NCBI RefSeq assembly: GCF_036321535.1
Contig: NC_087437.1
Coordinates: 14,324,001-14,388,000, forward strand
Direction of reading: 5' to 3'
Length of the DNA stretch: 64,000 nucleotides
Source of the DNA: Camelus dromedarius
Lineage: Eukaryota
Below the pieces are notes generated by a model that worked only from the letters and a program-made list of their open reading frames with translations, searched no databases and was not told where the DNA came from. Numbering within the stretch: the stretch's first letter is position 1; each line of letters starts with the position of its first letter. The translations under genes were made by a program, and so were the position numbers. This document shows, one piece after another, positions 49,681 through 63,954 of this stretch.

Positions 49681-50790
49681 CTTCTTCACCTGCCATCAGT
49701 ACGCAGAATATGCTGTGTCTACAAGGCTGGAGCCAAGAAAATTCTGAGTAATTCCTTAATGTAGGATTTTAAAGCCACAGCATGAATAGTGTTGAGTTTG
49801 GGCAGAAATTCAAGGTCAGGCTTCCCTTTGCAACTCATTCTTTTCTTCACTGACTGTTCCTGAGCAAGATTTTTTACTGGGCATCCTTGGGTTTTTTAAA
49901 ACTTTTCTACATAAACTTTCCTATGAGAAAAATATTTTAGCACCCTACAAGAGTCATTCCCCAACCAGATGTTCTTAAATTGGGTCCATGGACTCTTTTG
50001 AGGGCTATGTGGCTAGAGGAGTATTTCCGTATATTGGCTTCCTTTCTAATCTTATATATTTTCTCTGTGCACCTAACAGATTATTCTAAGGAGCTCCTTA
50101 GACTTCAGTAGACTGCCAAGTAGGGGAGGGGGCAGTTCATGGCACAAAAATAGGTTAAAAATTCTACAGTCTAGAATAGATTCTGGGAAATTGCCTGGGT
50201 GGGAGAATTTTTGAGGTGTTAAACACACTATGGTGGAGACAGTTGGGGGTGGAGTATAGAAGTAAACCTATAGAAGTTCTTAGAACATTTTACCTTGATT
50301 AAAATGCTTGAACATGCTCAACAAATGAAGATGCTAATAATAGCATTTTATCCATCTTAATGATGTATATGCAAGTATTGATTTCCATTTACCATTCTTT
50401 GCTCAATAAGTACTCCTTCCTAATTTCACCAGAACACTTTGAAATTTATGTTGCTTTCTTGGAGCCTTGCGTACTAAGAGGCTTCTTTCTTCCCCAGTCT
50501 GATTTGATTTCCAGGTAAGTCAATGCCTTTCTGACTTAGGACTTGGAGTTTGGACTCTTGTCTTTCACTGCTGAGGCCCTACATTTCACTTTCTGCTATT
50601 AGCTCCTAGGACTCACCACGATCTCAGAGATGCAATATAATTTAAGTGTCAGGGATAAAAAATCTTGAGGTTCCTTTATTTGTCCCCAGGGATGATCACA
50701 GAGATCACTGCTCCTCCTCAGGTAATTATTTTCTTTCCCTTTTTTATTTGCAACCCCAAGTTCTCTCTTTTTCTAATTGTTCCCAAATAG

Positions 50791-50854
50791 GAGTGACTTG
50801 GTGCATATATATTGAATATAAAAACTGTTGTTTTTGCCATGAGATACACAGAAG
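50791..50854 (+). other. Candidate 64-nt exon containing gccATG (MRYTE..)
   Basis: Pyrimidine tract plus tcccaaatAG acceptor, AAG|GTAATT donor, ATG at 50839 in gccATGa context. Confidence 0.3.
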
Positions 50855-51444
50855 GTAATTTGTGCTCAAGTCACATTTTGGACGTGTGAGACATAACTTT
50901 GGTGGAGATCACTACGTTTTGAAGAACTTCTGTTTGAAAATCTCTTGATGTCTGTCCTGTGACCCTTTACTTACATTTGGTACCACGGTGACCCATGTTG
51001 ATGTATGCTGCCTTCTGGTACCTTTTTAGATTTGGGCCAGAGTAATATTTATTCTTGCTTTAGCAGAAGAATAAAAATTACCCTTTCTTCTTGAGAAAGT
51101 TAACAACTGAATTTATGTAATAACAGGAAGAAAAGTCAAATTTCTACTTCCTATCCCAGCACACTGAGTTATTGTGAGATTTTGGGAGCATCATTGACTT
51201 CTCTGAGTTTGTTTCCTTGTCTGGAAAATAAGAGGAGAGAGCAGTGACCACTTAAATTCTTTCTAATTCCAAAATCCTGCGGCTATATAAAATTCTGTTA
51301 CCTACACTAAACATATCCTGACAGTGCTGGCTAGTTGGGAGTTCATTTATGATCAAAGTCAATCCAGGATAATAATTATTTATATCTGCAAATCACTTTG
51401 TGGTATGCAAAAATATTCTCAAATTGTTCATCTCTTTTCTGCTT

Positions 51445-51596
51445 GAAGTGTGCTCAGAGAAAAGCAGCATCAGTATCACCTAGGAGCTCGCTAGTCCTGC
51501 AGCCTCAGGTCTCAGCGAGGAGCTGCTGAGTGGGAATCTGCATTGTATCACGATGACCATGTGCTGTCGTGCACAGAGAAGTCTGAGAAGTGCTGC
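51445..51596. mobile_element. MER5A
   Basis: gcagcatcagtatcacctaggagctcgctag...aagtctgagaagtgctg. Confidence 0.7.
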
Positions 51597-51764
51597 TTTG
51601 AGCCTCACATTGACCCACACAGGTCGATAAGGGAAGCAGGGTATTTAACAGATGAGGAAACCGGGAAACTAGATCTCAGAGTTGTTAAGTAACTAAGTCC
51701 AGTTTTCTGTGCTAGTGTCTCACCGAGAACTACGTACTGTAACAATGATGTTGACTTCTTGGTT

Positions 51765-52170
51765 GGGCTGGTGTTAGGCTTGTGTGACAGAGACTGATTC
51801 TTAGCTGCCCAGCAAACCCATGGGCTTAGGTGTGGCTGTGTAACTGAGTTCTAGCCTAAAGAATGTGAGTGGAGGTGGAAAGGTGTTGTGGTCCTCTTCT
51901 AGGGAAAAACACAAAAAGAGAGCTCCCATGGGAGGCTCTCCATGCTGCTTTATACTCCTCGCAGGCTGGAGTGGAGAGGGCCCCTTGGGTGAGCTTGGAA
52001 GGTATGTTTAAGGCTGGCAGGACTGTTGTCAGCCTGGGTCAGGGATCAGGGAGGGCCACTCTATCGATTGATTACTTGTCTGCTACGTATACAGGAACCA
52101 GAAATAATCTTTTGTTGAGCTTGAGCCATTGTATGTGTTTGGGCCTATGTAGTAAGCACTTAGCCTACTC
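51765..52170 (+). mobile_element. MLT1-type LTR
   Basis: gtgtggctgtgtaactgagttctagcc...gaaataatcttttgttgagcttgagccattg. Confidence 0.6.
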
Positions 52171-53804
52171 TAAGAAATTCTTTGGAGCTGTGGCTTGGGA
52201 CTTGAAGTTGTGGATCTTTTGGCCTAATACATTCATTCATTTTTCGTCTTTGGTAGTTGGCGATCGATCAGTTGTGGTCCAACATGCAGGAGTGAGTGAG
52301 TGGTGAAAGGCAGCAGAGCTGATGGGTGGTGAGGATGTAAGTGCGTTTGAAGGCTCTCACTCCCTCTACTCCAGGGTAAGTCAAAGGCATTTCTCTGCCA
52401 TTATTCTGGTTTTACTCTTGTCTCAACAGCCCCTTGGAGTCAGCACAATGGGGTGCCCTGACTGTGAAAGGTTCCAAAAGCCTTTAGTGATTCAGTTCAT
52501 AGACACCATTCAGATCACCACTTACAAAGTTAAAATCGTGGTCAGGGTGGTAGGATGGAATCTGTGTGTGGAAATATTGCAACACAAGAATTTTTCATGA
52601 CTTTGTATGGAGTGCTATTTACATGGAGGGTGGGGGCCTTCCTGAGATACACTGTTGAGAAGAGAGCTAGGCCCAGTCGCCTTTTTCTTGTCACCATATC
52701 TGCTCTCTCCTCTCTCGTCCTTCCCCTCCTCCCCCCAGTGGATCACTTTGCTTAACTTTTCCTGCGTTAATCACTTTTTTCGGGGTTGGGGGGACAACTT
52801 ACCAGAGAGCTGCTGACTCCCAGCTTGGTGGATAATAGCACTATTAAAGCACCTGGTTCTGCCCGTTCCATCTCATTTTATCCAGTCTCACTGGAAGTCA
52901 CATGTCCGTCCCCTCCTCATCTATTTGCAGTCCCTAGTGCAGTGGATGGGAGTGTTATAACCAAAGCTGGCTTTGGATTTTCATTTGTACTGAAGATTTT
53001 TGAGACCAGAGGGAGAAATCCACTGTTGGGTGTGCCCTTCTCAGAGGTCAGGCAGAGCTCCGGGAGGAGGGGTGCAAAGGGCGTCCCATCTTGTCTGAGC
53101 TCTCCACTTATAGAGCTTAAGCTAAAACCAGCCTCCTTGAAAAGAAAAATTATAATTAATACAGATCTAAGCATAACTCAGGATGGTTAGGAGAGAGGGG
53201 ACCAGGAGGTTTAAAAAAAGGACTCAGCTGGAAAACCAGGTGGAGTTCAGTACTGTGGAGCCTTGTCAGACAATGTCCATTACCCAGGCTCAGACAGAGG
53301 GCACCCAGAAAGGCCAATGTCCTCCGGTGCCTCACATGGCTCAGTAATGAGTACAATTTACTGAACAAAATAGACCATTAGGGGCTGGAGAGCTAAGGAG
53401 ATTCCCATGAGCGTCCATCATCACTGCTCTGGCGTGATCCACGTGCTTAGTGATGAGCAAGGCAGAGGAAGGCAGCTGCAGAGCAAGTCAACAGCTAAAG
53501 GGTCCAGGTGAGCAGGCAGACACAGAACCCTGCTCAGTGCTCGGGGGTCGCTAAGGAAAAGACCTGGTCCTCACCAGGCTTTCTCGTTAAAGGAAAGGAG
53601 CTGGACTTCGCTAGCTTTCTCCCTTCCCTCGGTGGCTCCCATATGTCTTCCAGTTTAAAAGTAACAAGTATAGCCTGCCAGGAATAGCACTCAACTGGCA
53701 TGTTTCTGGGTAAACACCATACAAGGATCAAATTATAGAGGGAGCCATTCTTTAACTATTGATTAGGGGTCAAAGGGAGTCTTGCTGGAGGTGCCAGAGG
53801 ATCG

Positions 53805-54012
53805 AGGGTCGCATCCTCGGCACTGTCATCGTGTCCTTGTTGTGGACGCTGCCCTGTGCACTGTACCATGTTTAGCAGCATCCTTGGTCTCTACCCACTA
53901 GATGCTGGTAGCGCTTCCCCCTTCAGTCATGACAGTCAGAAATGTCTCCAGACACTGCCAACCCTCCGTGGGGGGCAGGGGAGGGACGCCACCCCCGCCT
54001 GAGAACCGGCTG
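53805..54012 (-). mobile_element. MER20 hAT element
   Basis: gtttagcagcatccttggtctctacccactagatgctggtagc...aaatgtctccagacactgcca is reverse MER20. Confidence 0.9.
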
Positions 54013-55952
54013 CTGGAGGCATTCTGTGATTTTCTCCTGCTCTTTGTTGTTCCGGGAATGTATTTTAATCACTGAGCCTCATTTTGCTACAGTTTCCCTA
54101 CCTGTAAAATAGACACAGCATTAATAACAGCCTAAGGAAGGGATGTGTATGCAGTGTGTGACTACTTGGGAGCTCAGGAAATGCTAAGGAATAATACCTG
54201 TCTCCTCAAATTTCCAGGACCACCCTTAATCCTTGTGAAGGCGGGGGCTGCGGAGCAGCGGGAGTCTGAAGGGTGGAGAGTCGGTGCTGTGGGGAATGGT
54301 GTGCAGGACTGGGTTCTCAGTTTATTTGAAGGCTTCCTGTTCTAGTTCCTTGCAACAACATACTCTGGATAAAGGCTTTCTTTTGGAGAGTTAAGAAAGG
54401 GGGAGAGTGGAGGAGGCAGAAAGAAGGCTGTTCAGAAGAGCAGTCAAGCCAATTGCTTTTGATGAGGTTGGTGGGAGAGTTTGATCTCTTAAGGTGACTC
54501 ATGTGTAATCAGACCAAACGACATAAAATTGTAACTCCCCCAAAGAAAAATATCCTTCTGGAAGACTGCTGATCCTAGAACAGAGTTTGCAGGTTGTAAA
54601 CACAGTAAAGACCAGAGAATGTTTGGAGGAATCTGTTTTTATTTTAGAACTTTTGCATTTCTATTTTTCCTCTTTGTTGGGAGTACGGAAAGGGGGTTAT
54701 CGTAACACACGTGCTTTGAATGATACATTAAATGTTTTAGTATGGCATGTGTTCTTCTGATAGCCTTCTAGAACTGTGCAGGAATGGTGAAGGAGGCCAT
54801 CACCCTGCCCTAGACCTGAAGCAATCACATCATTTTACTAGAAAGCCTCAGTTTGACTCTAAGGCAGGGCCAGTGCAGGGACTGGATGTAAACTGTCCTG
54901 GCAGATTTGAGTCTGGCCTTGCTGTGTTTCTGGTCCCTGTAATTATTATGCATTTAAAAAATTTGCAACAAATGCTACCATATTGATGCAGACAGAGGGG
55001 ATGTCCACCACCAAAGGAAGCTTTGTTGGACAGCACTGCTTCAGTCTGTAAGGAACCTCTTTGTCAGAAACCCACACTGGGAATGACAGCATGCGCTTGT
55101 TATAACAAGGCAGCACCTCATTTAAAACAGGGTTGCATTTTGGACTTCTCCATCCTGGAGTGTTTTCAGTCTGTGAGTGGGTCTTGCTGAACTTTTTACC
55201 TAGCTGTAGCCACCTGTCTGTTACAGATGTGCCCTGGGCCCGTCTCTTTGACATAATCGGGTGCACTGCCTCTAAAATATTTGCGCTTTAATCCGAGGCT
55301 GCTGAGCTGTCTCTTTGCATTTGGTCTCTCCACAGCCTGACCCTCGGTGGTGAGCCTTTTTTGTGCAGGATGTCTCTGCGGATACTGCCTAGAGCTTAAC
55401 AAAGAGCCTGGGAGAGATGGCGAGAGAGTTTTCACCTCCCTGTCTTCCAAGCCCCAGCGTGACTCGAGAAAGTGTTTCATAAGAGGGTATTAATTCACAA
55501 GCTTAAGCTCTGAGGAGTTATCCCCTAAAGAATTAGTCCCTGAAGTAAATTTTCTGACAGACGTATTATAGCACAAATTTAGTAATTAAGCCCTCTAGCA
55601 GCATGGAAGAATTATCAGTTGATATTATCTATTACTAGTACCAACATTAGTTGCTCAGAAACTATCATAATTGGAACAAATGAAAAGGTATGAAAATAAA
55701 GACATACATTTTTAAAAGACGTAATTTAAAATCTGAACCCAAGATACTTTTACGTGGTAGGGAATGAAAACTGGGGGCTTGTGTGCTGGGAGAAGTGTTG
55801 CTGGAGGCGGGGGAAGGAGGTGGACAGGGCTGAGGCAGCCTTTATTCGACTGCATCACTTCTGATGGAGCACTGCTGGTCCTCTTACCGCCCTCCTCTCT
55901 TCACTTTGCCTTCCTTTCCTGCTTTGGTCTGCCCTGAATGTTGGAGGGGGCT

Positions 55953-56142
55953 CAGTATTTCTCAAGGGAGGTGCTGTTAGCATTCTGATAGAATGATTCC
56001 TCATCGTGCAGAACTTTCTTGTTCATTATGGGACGGTTAGCATCCCTGGTCACTAAATGCCCATATGACTCTAACCAAGTCATTAAGCCAACCAACATGT
56101 CCTGCCACATTTCCAAATATGCCTGTGATTGAGAATCACCTG
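55953..56142 (-). mobile_element. MER20-like hAT element
   Basis: cagtatttctcaag...ttagcatccctgg...ttgagaatcac ends. Confidence 0.55.
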
Positions 56143-59100
56143 CTGCTAGGGAGATGAGTAGGGTCTTTTTTTTTTTTTTAGGAGAGAGGCGTAGTTAGAG
56201 TTGGGAGAGGTGCAGGTGCTCCGAGGGGTTGGCTCATTAATTTCTGATGTGACCTGATTCTTCCCCAGTGCTGGAACTGCTTTGAGAGCTAATCTTATTC
56301 TATAGGGACCAGAAGAATCAAGTTTTGCCAGTGGAAAACTTGGTGCCTGAACCTTGAAATCAACCTAGAAGTCACAGAGAGGGATCTGTCAGTGCCACAG
56401 TGGGTGGGGAGACTCCTAAGGCTTCCATAGAATGCTAGGTTTTTATTCTTGACTTATTGTGGCTGAACCTTCTACATCTACTGAAAGTAAAAGGTGATCT
56501 ACATGTGGCAGTGATTGACCAGGAGAAAAAAATGCAGCAAAGGCAATTTAAAGACAATCCAAGGGAGATAGGCTTTGCTAGCCATTTCTTTTCTTTCCCT
56601 GTGATTGCAAATATTGGCAAAGTAGCCTCCAAATTTGTGAGGTTATGTGTAAGCCATCAGATGGGAGATCTGAGATTGTTTTATAGTTAGTAAAGAGAAA
56701 ACAGGAACACTTTCAGACATCTTGTTGTGGGGCCCTTATAAATGTCTTTGATCACAAGAACAAAAACTCATTCAAGTTACCTTAAGAAATAGAAGGCTTA
56801 AATTAGGATGCATGAGAAAATAAAACAATTTCAGACATATGGCAAGTTGGAGGGAATCTCAGGGGCCTTTCAGGATGAGAAAGAGCTATAGTCTGGCCAG
56901 ATCTCATGGAGACGAGACCTAACTCAGGACCAGGAAGACTCTCTCCGATCTGTTGCAACTCCAGGATGTATCTGCACTGACAGTGCTTGATCAGTCCATA
57001 TTCTACTCAACCATCACCGTGGCTCAGAATTTCCATTCTGGCTTCTCTCCTCATGTCTTCCTGACCCCACAACCTAACTGATGATCTGTGTGGGCCAAGA
57101 AGGAAGGGACTATGATAATTCTGTAGTAACTAGCATCCCTTTGGCCAAAGGTCTTCTACCAGGCAGTCTTCGGGGTACCGATGTCCTCTCTTGGGCCATA
57201 CAGCTGTGGCCCAGGTCTTCTTGCCTCAGTAAGGATCGTGGTTTCTCTGGAAGGGAGCAATGGTGGGGTAGACTGATAGAATGTGAAACCTCTCTAGTAT
57301 AAAGACCATGAATTCTTAACTCCTGGAATCAATATAAACAATTTTTGTGGGTTATGTAAGTAATAAAGAATTGGAAGATTACTTGCAAAATTATGTTCAG
57401 TAGCAATTGTGAAAAAGCCTGAAACCAGTCTTTTGAGGAGACTGGCTGCATCCCAGTGTAGAATGGTAGGGAAGTTGCTGGGCTAGATGACTGGGAAATA
57501 AGGAGTTCCATTTTCCATATGAATAGCTTATTTTTTGCACCTGTCAAATGTGATTCTCTCAACCACCCATGTATCCCACAGGAATAATGGCTAGGTGGCT
57601 GTCTAAATGTTGAAAGACGTTTTGACATCTCTGACAAGTGTTGTTCAACAGCTGGGTTTGTAAGATTCCAGTTCTGACAAAGGAAAATAACTTGGCTTAT
57701 TATTCCAAAAATAAACTCCATATAGATGTTGTCATTTTGAGAATTACTGCCTTACAAAGTAGACTTTAAAATGTTTGGTGTTACAGTGTGTTTTGTTCAT
57801 TTACCCCTAATCTTGGGTGGTTAGCTTTTATCTGAACCAGCGACAGAGTATGACTTTACAAGGGAGTGCATTCTCATGTTGCAGAAGGCTCTGTCCTTAT
57901 TCATGATTCTGTGACAGGGTAAGACCAGGGGTCTCGGCTCCATGGACCTGCACAGCTGTGAGGGGTGTGCTCTGTGGCATCACAAGCAGCCCGTTGGTTC
58001 ACTGAGTTCATTTAAGGCTCTCACTCTTCTCAAGTAGCTGGAGCCCGGCGGTACCACAGACAGGGAGTCAGTGTTTCCTTAGAGAGATGCAGCTTCTGTT
58101 GAAAGAGGCAGAAGAGGAGTTCAGCAGGGCTTCTGCAACAGCTGGTTGAGGAAAGAATGTTGTCTGTTATGAAATAGTGGTCGGGATCAGCGCTCCCCAC
58201 CCCGCCCCACCAGCTGCTGACTACCGATATAAAAAGAACAGAAATGAATCCTCTGCTTCAGTTTCTATTCTTGCTCTGTGAAGATCCCCATCCCCTCTAT
58301 TGCATTTTCTGATGAGAAGGGAAAAATAGAATTATATTTAATTAGTTTTAACATATATATTCGTGTTTCTTCCGAACAGGAAGATTTGTATATAGATAAC
58401 CACATATTGCCAGATTAAAATCTTCAATTTCAATTTTAAAAAGTGCTAATCTTACAGTATAAACTAAAGATAAAGTAACTCAAATTTGTGCATATATAAT
58501 TTCTCTCTTACAAAAATAAAACAAAATCATGTTCTCATAGAGTCAGGAATTAATTTGCAGCCCCTGCATGAAGATGCTGTAGCAACAGTGAAGACATCTG
58601 CTCTCTCCAGGGTGTAAAGAGATCTTGCAAGGTGGCCGAGAGCCCCAGATCCTGAATCCTGGGATTTTGTCCTGCTGCTGTCCCTGTGAAGTTGTTGGGG
58701 CGTAAGTGTGCACAGGGGGCAAGGATTTGGAGGGCAGATTCTTGTTGGGGACGGACTAAAACCTCTAGCTTTGGTGAACTGCCCCGTCCTTCCTGTGAGC
58801 CACAGGAAAGGGTGATAGAGCCTTCTCAGGCCTTTCCCTCCTGAGCCCATCATTGAATCTCGGCCTTCTCCTTTCCAAGAAGCAAAGTTGTAGCTGAAGT
58901 ATCCTCAAATGTGACCTGTTCCTTATCAGCACGTCCCCCTTAAAGAAGGCTTCCTGGACCAGGAAGAAGGTAGAAGGTACGTGCTTCCCTTAGCTGTCAA
59001 AAGCCGTCCCCTTTCTGTTGGCAAGAACACTTACTAGATCACTTGTGAAATTTTGAATTATTGGCATTAGCAAAATATTTGCCAAACATTAAACAGTAGA

Positions 59101-59499
59101 ACATTATTAGAGACCCCCAACTTAGAAAATGATGGTTTTTATTTTGAGAGACCAAAAATCCCAAGTTAGTACGGTACTTGACTTTAACTTCTTGTTCCTT
59201 CTGTTGTTTCTCTAAATGCCTTTCCATCTTTTTCCTCCTCCCATTAACCCTGTTACCTGGTTTAGATCCTTTAGTCTCTTTGCCCCTTTTCTTACGTCTT
59301 TCTTGATTTCCAAAGTTCTGTGGTTCCCAGCAGCCTGCAGGACAAGGTGCTTCTTAACTGGGCTGCCCACAGTCTGATTCACCTTCTGACTTCCTTTCTA
59401 CTCTTTCTGTGCACAGAGAGCTCCTTACTCAGACTGGTCCTTGGTCCCATAGTCTACTTTCTGCACAGAATGCCCTTTCCTTTCAGTGACCATTTGGTT

Positions 59500-59675
59500 C
59501 AGTAGCAACAATAGGCCTTTGACCTCGTTAGCCAGATCTGCATTTCCATCTGGTCTCTATCAGATTTTAGAAAGGTGGCTTTGGGCAAAGTATTTAATTT
59601 CTCTCAGCCTCAATTTTTTTAATTTGTAGGATAGGATTCATAATACACCCCCTCCCCCATAGAATGCTTGTGAGC
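59500..59675 (+). mobile_element. MIR
   Basis: ggctttgggcaaagtatttaatttctctcagcctcaattt core. Confidence 0.7.
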
Positions 59676-60922
59676 TGGGTACCCGGGGTGCTCTCCTGCG
59701 CGTCTCCTCGCTTCTGCCTGTCCAGCACAGAGCTCCGCACGCAGGCTCATCATATGTGCTTGCTCATGAAGTTGCAGAACATCAGGATTGCCCAGCTGGT
59801 CTGCATCACATTTCTTGATCAGCCATCCTTTACCTGCCACTGCCACACCTTCTGTAATCACATCTTTCTTAGATAAGACCCCAGTCCCCTGACCCTATAA
59901 GTCAGCATCTGAAGAGACACTCTCCTCCATCCTCCTGTGATTGTGAGAAGTATGTTCCTGGACCTTCGTAGTGTCCTGGTGTATCTGCCCACATGAGAAA
60001 GTGAAGGCAATTTCAAGGCCAATTTATACAGCCCCGAGCACTGACTCATTATCTTCGCGTTTGTTTCCTTTCATGTATAGTGAGATTTATCATGAAGATC
60101 AAGTGTTATGGTTATAGCTGCCGTTTTAAGGTATGTCTCTTTAAAACAAAGTTTTCCAAGGCCCAGCCAATAGGCTTTTTATTCCAAACATCATTTAATA
60201 AAATGCAACATGACATGAACAGGATTGCTTGGACAAAATCTTGGCGTTCATTTAAGCAAGCTCTGCCCCATATTGATTCTCAATTATGGCACGTTTAGCA
60301 TGAATAGACCTGCCGGTGTTCTCAAACAGCGGTGATGCTCTCCTGGCAGCTCTGCCCTCCCTGACTGCGGAGCTGAAAGCATATCAGTGTTTCTTTTGTT
60401 CATTCTATTTAGGTTATGGTTTTCCTCTTGCTCAAATGACTTACGCCATATGTGAGGTTTATAAATTGTAGTTTCTTAAAACCTAACTCCTTCTGGTCCT
60501 TCTCACTCTTTCTTCCTCTCTTTTCTTCATTTTCCTTATTGTCTCGTGCACAAAATAAGACTTAAAATTTTTTCTTTCTACTCAAGGTAAGAATAACTTA
60601 AATGCTTGTATTGCTTTTCTACATTGATCTATTGTTTTTTTTTAAGTTATTAGCATGGGTTGTAATTTTTTGTATATAGTGGTCTCAGTGCATTAATTTT
60701 GTCTTTTTTTTTTTTTTTTTGCTTTAGTTTATTGATGACGGGCATAAGTAGAATTGCTTGGGTTTTTCTGTGTTCTTTGGTGATAAATGTTTATTGCTCA
60801 CTGAACTCTCACCAGTTATCTTAACTTTGTGGTTTTGTCCCTTTTTACCTTACGCTTTTGAGGGAAATATATATAAAAAGCCATGAGAATGTTTGTGGTA
60901 TGAAAGATTCCATTGCCATATA

Positions 60923-61277
60923 CAGTCAGCCCTTCATATCTGTGGGTTCTACATCCTTGGATTCAACCAACTGCAGATCAAAAATATTCGAGAAAAAAAA
61001 TTCCAGATAGTTCCAAAAAGCAGAACTTGAATTTGCTGCACATTGGCAACTATTTACATAGCATTTACAATGTATTTATAACTATTTGCATAGCATTTAT
61101 ATTGTATTAGGTATTGTAGGTAACATAGAGATGATTTAAAGTATGTGGGAGGATGTGTGTAGGTTATATACAAACACTACACTGTTTTATATAAGGGCCT
61201 GGAGCATCTGTGGACTTTGGTACGTGCTGTGGGGAGGGGGCTGGGGCCAGTTCCCTGCAGATACCAACGGATGACTG
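60923..61277 (+). mobile_element. Tigger3a (MER7A)-like element
   Basis: TA|CAGTCAGCCCTTCATATC left end and GATACCAACGGATGACTG right end; internal ggattcaaccaactgcagatcaaaaatatt. Confidence 0.9.
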
Positions 61278-63902
61278 AATTGTTCTTTCCAGATCCCTCT
61301 ATTGGAGAAGAGTCTTCTTTTGTTTTTCTTTTCTTTTCTTTTGGCAAAGATTATCTAGTGTAACTTCTTTGAATGAAGAGATTTTTGTACACAGGCAACA
61401 GGATCCTCCCAACTGTTTCCACGAGCACTGATGGAGGCAGTGCCTGTGTGTGTGCATTTTAGGGTGGAAGAAAGGGAGGGTGGTTACAATAAACTGTGAG
61501 ACTGGGTTGGCATGAAACTGCTTGTTAATCCTTCTGAAGGGGAGACACCAGGGGCTCACCTATGTGCCCTTCCTCATGGAATTATTCATAGTTTTGGGAA
61601 GCAAGAAATATACAGCCTCTGATCAAGTTAGATTTTTTTTTAAACTATTGATCTTAAGTTTTGTTTTTTTTTTTTAAATTATGGGCACCAAGATGAGGAC
61701 AGCAAAGGGAAGGAGAGGTGTAGAGCAGCTCAGACACGTGACCGCCTTGCTGACTTGTGTTAGGTTGAGTGTCCCACTCCATCTTCACTTTTAAGTAAAT
61801 CTTTTAGCTTCCTGCTCTGTGGGCTATTGAGAACTTTCCTCCTGCTCTTGGAAGCTCTCCCCCATTCCCTCAGAATTTAAGAAAAGCAAATGGGATAGGA
61901 CCCTGCCTAGGAGGGACAGACAGCGCCTTTGAGCATTTGTTCCTGAGGAAGGAAGGAGAAGCTGCATCCTCCTCTTCCCCAGTCTCCCCCGGGGACCTCG
62001 GCATCACCGCTGCAGGCAGATGTACGCTCTCTGCCGCCGCCTGTCTGTCTGCGGTTCCCTTCCTGTCCTCTGTTTCACAGTTGGGCGGGGCACTGAATGT
62101 TGTGGCAACTCTCTTGTACCTACCAGCCCTCTTCCCCAGGGTGAAAGAGATGGGAGAAGAAGGCTTCTGAGGGAGAGAGCCTAATAAGACGAGACCAAGG
62201 GTTGCGGAGGCCAAAGCCCCGTTCCCCAGCTCGGCTCCAGACCTCCCTGCTGACCGAGTTTTGCTTCTTTGGGTGTTATAGTCAGAGGCCACATTTTGAG
62301 ACTGGAAAACTTTGTTACTTATTGAAATTTTTTTCCCCTCAATTACATGTTTGTCTCCAGGGTTAGACAATAGGTCTGTCTGCGCATGGACTCTGCCAGG
62401 AGCTTCTCCTTCGTCCTTTATATTGTCTGCGATGGAGGGGACACGTGGCAAGGGCTCAGAATATGCGGGTTTCATTGCACTGATAGTTTCTCTTGGTAGC
62501 CTTTCTTACTTATTCCTTTACCTTCATTTACTTACCATTCTTATATTTTTGTCCAGTGACCGCTTGCTTGGTTCTCCCTGGAGTAGCATTTATTTTTCCA
62601 GGTCGATCCAAATTCTGCATGTCTCTAAAGCTGTCTGTAGTAGGATTGATTTGGCCATATGTGACTTTATCTGTTGAGCTGAATCTTACCTTTTCCTCTT
62701 GTGTGATCCTACAAAGAACCTGCAATATCAGGAATGTTGAGTCCCACTTTTGACTTAAGGGGCTTCCTTAACTACCAGGAGTTGGATGGCGCCCGAGTTC
62801 TTTTCCATCAGGTCGCGCTTAAATTGGCTGTGTGGTGACAGAGGAGTCTGTTCACCTCTGTGTAGTGTCCTTTCATAATTGAGAGTTGTCCCAGCTCCTC
62901 TTACTCATATCACTTATTGTTACTTTTGTTTTCATTAAAATTGTTCTATTCCTTTGTCCTACTTGTTTAGTGTAATTTTTTCTTGCTAGCCAGAACCATT
63001 TCTTTGAAGGACAGGGACAGGACCTAATTCTCATGTATCCTTGGCTACCCTTTTTCTCCCTATAGACCAAGCATTAGACTTCATTCAAATTAGGTAATCC
63101 ATAAATGTTTTAACCTAATTAAACCCATGCATTTATAGAATACAACAGGAAGAAATGCCTTTAATACATTAACGTCTAAGCACACCTTAGAGGTCATCTG
63201 GTCCACCTCATTCTTTGATCATTTCATTGGCTCAGTTGTTTCTTCATTCATCCCTCCCTCCTTCCCTTGATTTTGTGCCAGGCACTGTGTAAGGAGCAGA
63301 GGCTCTGAGGTGGGTATAGACGTGGAGATCCATCAAACGGAGAGCCTAGACAGTGAGCAGGTAGTTAAGTCTGAAAGCGTAAGTGCTGAGAACTGCAGAA
63401 GCCCACCATGCGGAACTACCTTAGGGTCCGAGGAGGCTTTTGTGAGGTTGTGATGTTTAAGCGGAGGATTATCAACCCAGAGAAGGGAAGTGACTTTCCC
63501 AGGGCCAGTCAGTAGCTCCTGTGTAGCAGAGCTTGGCCTGTGCCCCAGATTCATTCCTTGGCCTGTGCCCTGGGTTCATTCCTCTGAATTTCATGAGAAT
63601 GCTATGAAAACTCTCATTGTTAAAGTACTTTGATCTTGTGAATTTTATTGTGTCACACTGCTTAGATATTATATGAGTAGCTTACTTTTGATAATGAGGA
63701 AACCTTATGTATTTTTTCCTTCCTTGCCACCTGCGAAGCAATGTGTGTTTTAATACCTTCCCTCCCTCTGGAGGGGTTATTGGTTCCCCTTCTATTACCT
63801 TCTCTCAGCCCTGCGATAGTTTATGTTCTTCATAAGTTTTAAGTTTTTTTTTTTTTTCAATTTCCTCTAACCCATTAGGGGATTTTAAACTTTGTCCTAC
63901 AG

Positions 63903-63954
63903 AGTGGTAAAAATTAAAGACTCAGGAATTACAGAAATTGAGAGTGGCCAAAAG
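63903..63954 (+). other. Candidate 52-nt internal exon of the same gene
   Basis: Acceptor tttgtcctacAG (63901-63902) and consensus donor AAG|GTAAGT (63955). One frame is open (VVKIKDSGITEIESGQK); protein not recognised, may be UTR. Confidence 0.5.

Noticed and set aside
56167..56202. T-run plus ggagagaggcgtagttag resembling the SINE tail
   Set aside because: Too short, with no clear TSD.
61870..62475. Longest ORF (201 aa, minus strand)
   Set aside because: No recognisable domain; lies in a locally GC-richer patch antisense to the presumed intron; consistent with chance.
63532..63581. 25-bp tandem duplication (similar small ones at ~15777, ~18680 and ~12453)
   Set aside because: Ordinary slippage duplications.
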